A stretch of DNA of 64,000 nucleotides. It comes from an uncultured Bacteroidales bacterium (lineage in GTDB: Bacteria > Bacteroidota > Bacteroidia > Bacteroidales > Paludibacteraceae). Shown here in pieces: positions 62,589-64,000 of the stretch (the stretch's first letter is position 1; each line of letters opens with the position of its first letter). The notes under the pieces were generated by a model. That model was not told where the DNA came from. It searched no databases and saw only the letters and a list, made by a program, of their open reading frames with translations. The translations under genes were made by a program, and so were the position numbers. The stretch spans positions 5,968-69,967 of the forward strand of contig CADAZU010000007.1 of NCBI GenBank assembly GCA_902792535.1. Direction: 5' to 3'.

Positions 62589-63842
62589 TTAATCGTTTGC
62601 GAACTCTGCTTCGAGGATGCGGATGACGTCTTCGATCGTCTCCTCCTCCAGATCGGTGCGTTTGATCAAGTCTTCCTTGCTGATCGCCAGCACCTCTTTT
62701 GCAGTGTCCAGACCGGCAGCCTTGAAGGCGTCGATCACCCACTGATCGATCTCGTCGTTGAACTCGTCCAGATAGATATCGTCCAAATCCTCATCGATCT
62801 CGCGATAAACCTCTACCTCGTATCCGGTCAGCATACCCGCCAACTTGACGTTGTATCCGCCTTTACCGATAGCGAGGGACACCTCGTCCGGCTTCAGGTA
62901 CACCTTAGCGGTCTTGTTCTCCTCGTCAATCTCCATCGAGCTGATCTTCGCGGGCGAGAGAGCACGCTGGATATACAGGTTGATATTCGGGGTATAGTTG
63001 ATCACATCGATGTTCTCGTTGCGCAGCTCGCGAACGATACCGTGGATACGGGCGCCCTTCACGCCGACGCAAGCGCCAACCGGGTCGATACGCTCGTCGA
63101 AGGTCTCCACTGCCACTTTGGCGCGTTCACCCGGGATACGGGCGATCTTCTTGATAGCGATCAGTCCCTCTTTCACCTCCGGCACCTCTTGCTCAAACAG
63201 ACGCTGGAGGAACAGCGGAGCGGTACGGCTCAGGATGATCTTCGGCTGCTGGTTCTTGTTCTCCACTTGTACCACTACGGCGCGTACCATATCGCCCTTG
63301 CGGTAGAAATCCGAAGGGATCTGGTTCTGTTTCGGCAGATAGAGCTCGTTGCCCTCTTCGTCGAGCAGCAGCATCTCTTTCTTCCACACCTGGTACAACT
63401 CGCCGGTAACGATCTGTCCCAGCATATCTTTGTACCGCTGGTAGAGATTCTCCTTTTGCAACTCCAGGATCTTGGATGCCAGAGTCTGACGGAGGTTCAG
63501 GATCATACGGCGGCCGAATGAAGCCAGCGAAACCTGATCCGTTACATCGTCTCCCACTTCCGCCTCTTCGTCCAGCAGCCGTGCGTCGCTCAGCGAAATC
63601 TGGATATCCGGATTCGCCACATCGCCATCCTCCATCACCAGACGGTCGCGGTAGATCTCCAAGTCACCCTTGTCCGGGTTCACGATGATCGTGTACTTGG
63701 CAGACGTACCGTACATCTTGAGAATCACGCTTTTGAACGAGTCCTCCAGTACTGTGATCAAGGTCTGCTTGTCAATACTCTTGTTCTCTTTGAAATCTTT
63801 GAAAATGTCAATCAAATTGACTGTTTCTTCTTTGCTTGCCAT
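62589..63842 (-). CDS. nusA: Transcription termination/antitermination factor NusA
   Basis: 417 aa. S1 and KH regions (...PVGACVGVKGARIHGIVRELRNENIDVINY...) and C-terminal acidic repeats. Confidence 0.97.
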   Translation of the reverse strand: MASKEETVNLIDIFKDFKENKSIDKQTLITVLEDSFKSVILKMYGTSAKYTIIVNPDKGDLEIYRDRLVMEDGDVANPDIQISLSDARLLDEEAEVGDDVTDQVSLASFGRRMILNLRQTLASKILELQKENLYQRYKDMLGQIVTGELYQVWKKEMLLLDEEGNELYLPKQNQIPSDFYRKGDMVRAVVVQVENKNQQPKIILSRTAPLFLQRLFEQEVPEVKEGLIAIKKIARIPGERAKVAVETFDERIDPVGACVGVKGARIHGIVRELRNENIDVINYTPNINLYIQRALSPAKISSMEIDEENKTAKVYLKPDEVSLAIGKGGYNVKLAGMLTGYEVEVYREIDEDLDDIYLDEFNDEIDQWVIDAFKAAGLDTAKEVLAISKEDLIKRTDLEEETIEDVIRILEAEFAND

Positions 63843-63845
63843 ATA

Positions 63846-64000
63846 TTAAAATTTTAAATCATATTTCACATATTTGGGTTCGTCGTACCGCCAGGTGTAG
63901 GTCACGATTTGCGTCTCCTTGCGTTTCTTGCCCTCTACCGCTACTTTCTCCGCCACATCGACGCTGAACGTCTCCTCATCGACGGAAACGAGTTGTCCTT
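63846..64000 (-). CDS. rimP: Ribosome maturation factor RimP, C-terminal part (5' end beyond the window)
   Basis: My reverse translation gives ...GQLVSVDEETFSVDVAEKVAVEGKKRKETQIVTYTWRYDEPKYVKYDLKF*, with the stop 3 nt before the nusA ATG. The rimP-nusA-infB order is conserved. Confidence 0.7.
   Translation of the reverse strand, partial: GQLVSVDEETFSVDVAEKVAVEGKKRKETQIVTYTWRYDEPKYVKYDLKF

Overview
The window looks like core chromosome of a Bacteroidales-type bacterium (Bacteroidota). Supporting signs are a SusC/SusD pair, a MoxR-DUF58-BatABCDE aerotolerance operon, T9SS-like C-terminal sorting tails, many lipoproteins, and many TTTG-N20-TAnnTTTG promoters.

Content from 5' to 3':
(i) A dextran/alpha-glucan-type PUL on the minus strand (1-11057): partial GH97, GH66-like, SusE/F-like, SusD, SusC and a SusR-like regulator.
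(ii) A plus-strand housekeeping block: lipid kinase, dut, TPR, DUF4292-like, EnvC-like M23, FKBP, TrmH-family, U32 peptidase and pectinesterase. It is followed by nadC, an OMP/lipase/lipoprotein unit and rlmH.
(iii) A LysM-M23 peptidase, an EF-hand membrane protein and a decayed MmeI-like methyltransferase fragment.
(iv) DAHP synthase/chorismate mutase, a DUF5686-like protein and an OMP.
(v) A glycosyltransferase/flippase-like cluster.
(vi) A 2286-aa surface protein with two PCMD-like domains and about 20 cadherin-like beta-sandwich repeats.
(vii) The most interesting locus: a tightly coupled seven-gene minus-strand operon (45170-49144). It has a radical SAM/SPASM enzyme, three 61-69-aa lipoprotein-like peptides (two clear paralogs with repeated YG.P motifs), a membrane-spanning TPR/HTH regulator and two secreted beta-sandwich proteins.
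(viii) The Bat operon.
(ix) rimP (partial), nusA and infB.

I recognised no rRNA, tRNA, CRISPR, transposase or integrase. A striking genome-style feature is the density of short oligonucleotide word repeats (GAAAGGT, GAAGATTT, GTACAAAG, CAGCCGT) and a GC-rich hairpin element family. Both sit at gene junctions and also in-frame inside conserved genes.

All functional calls come from reading the translated ORFs and from memory of protein families. No database search or computation was possible.
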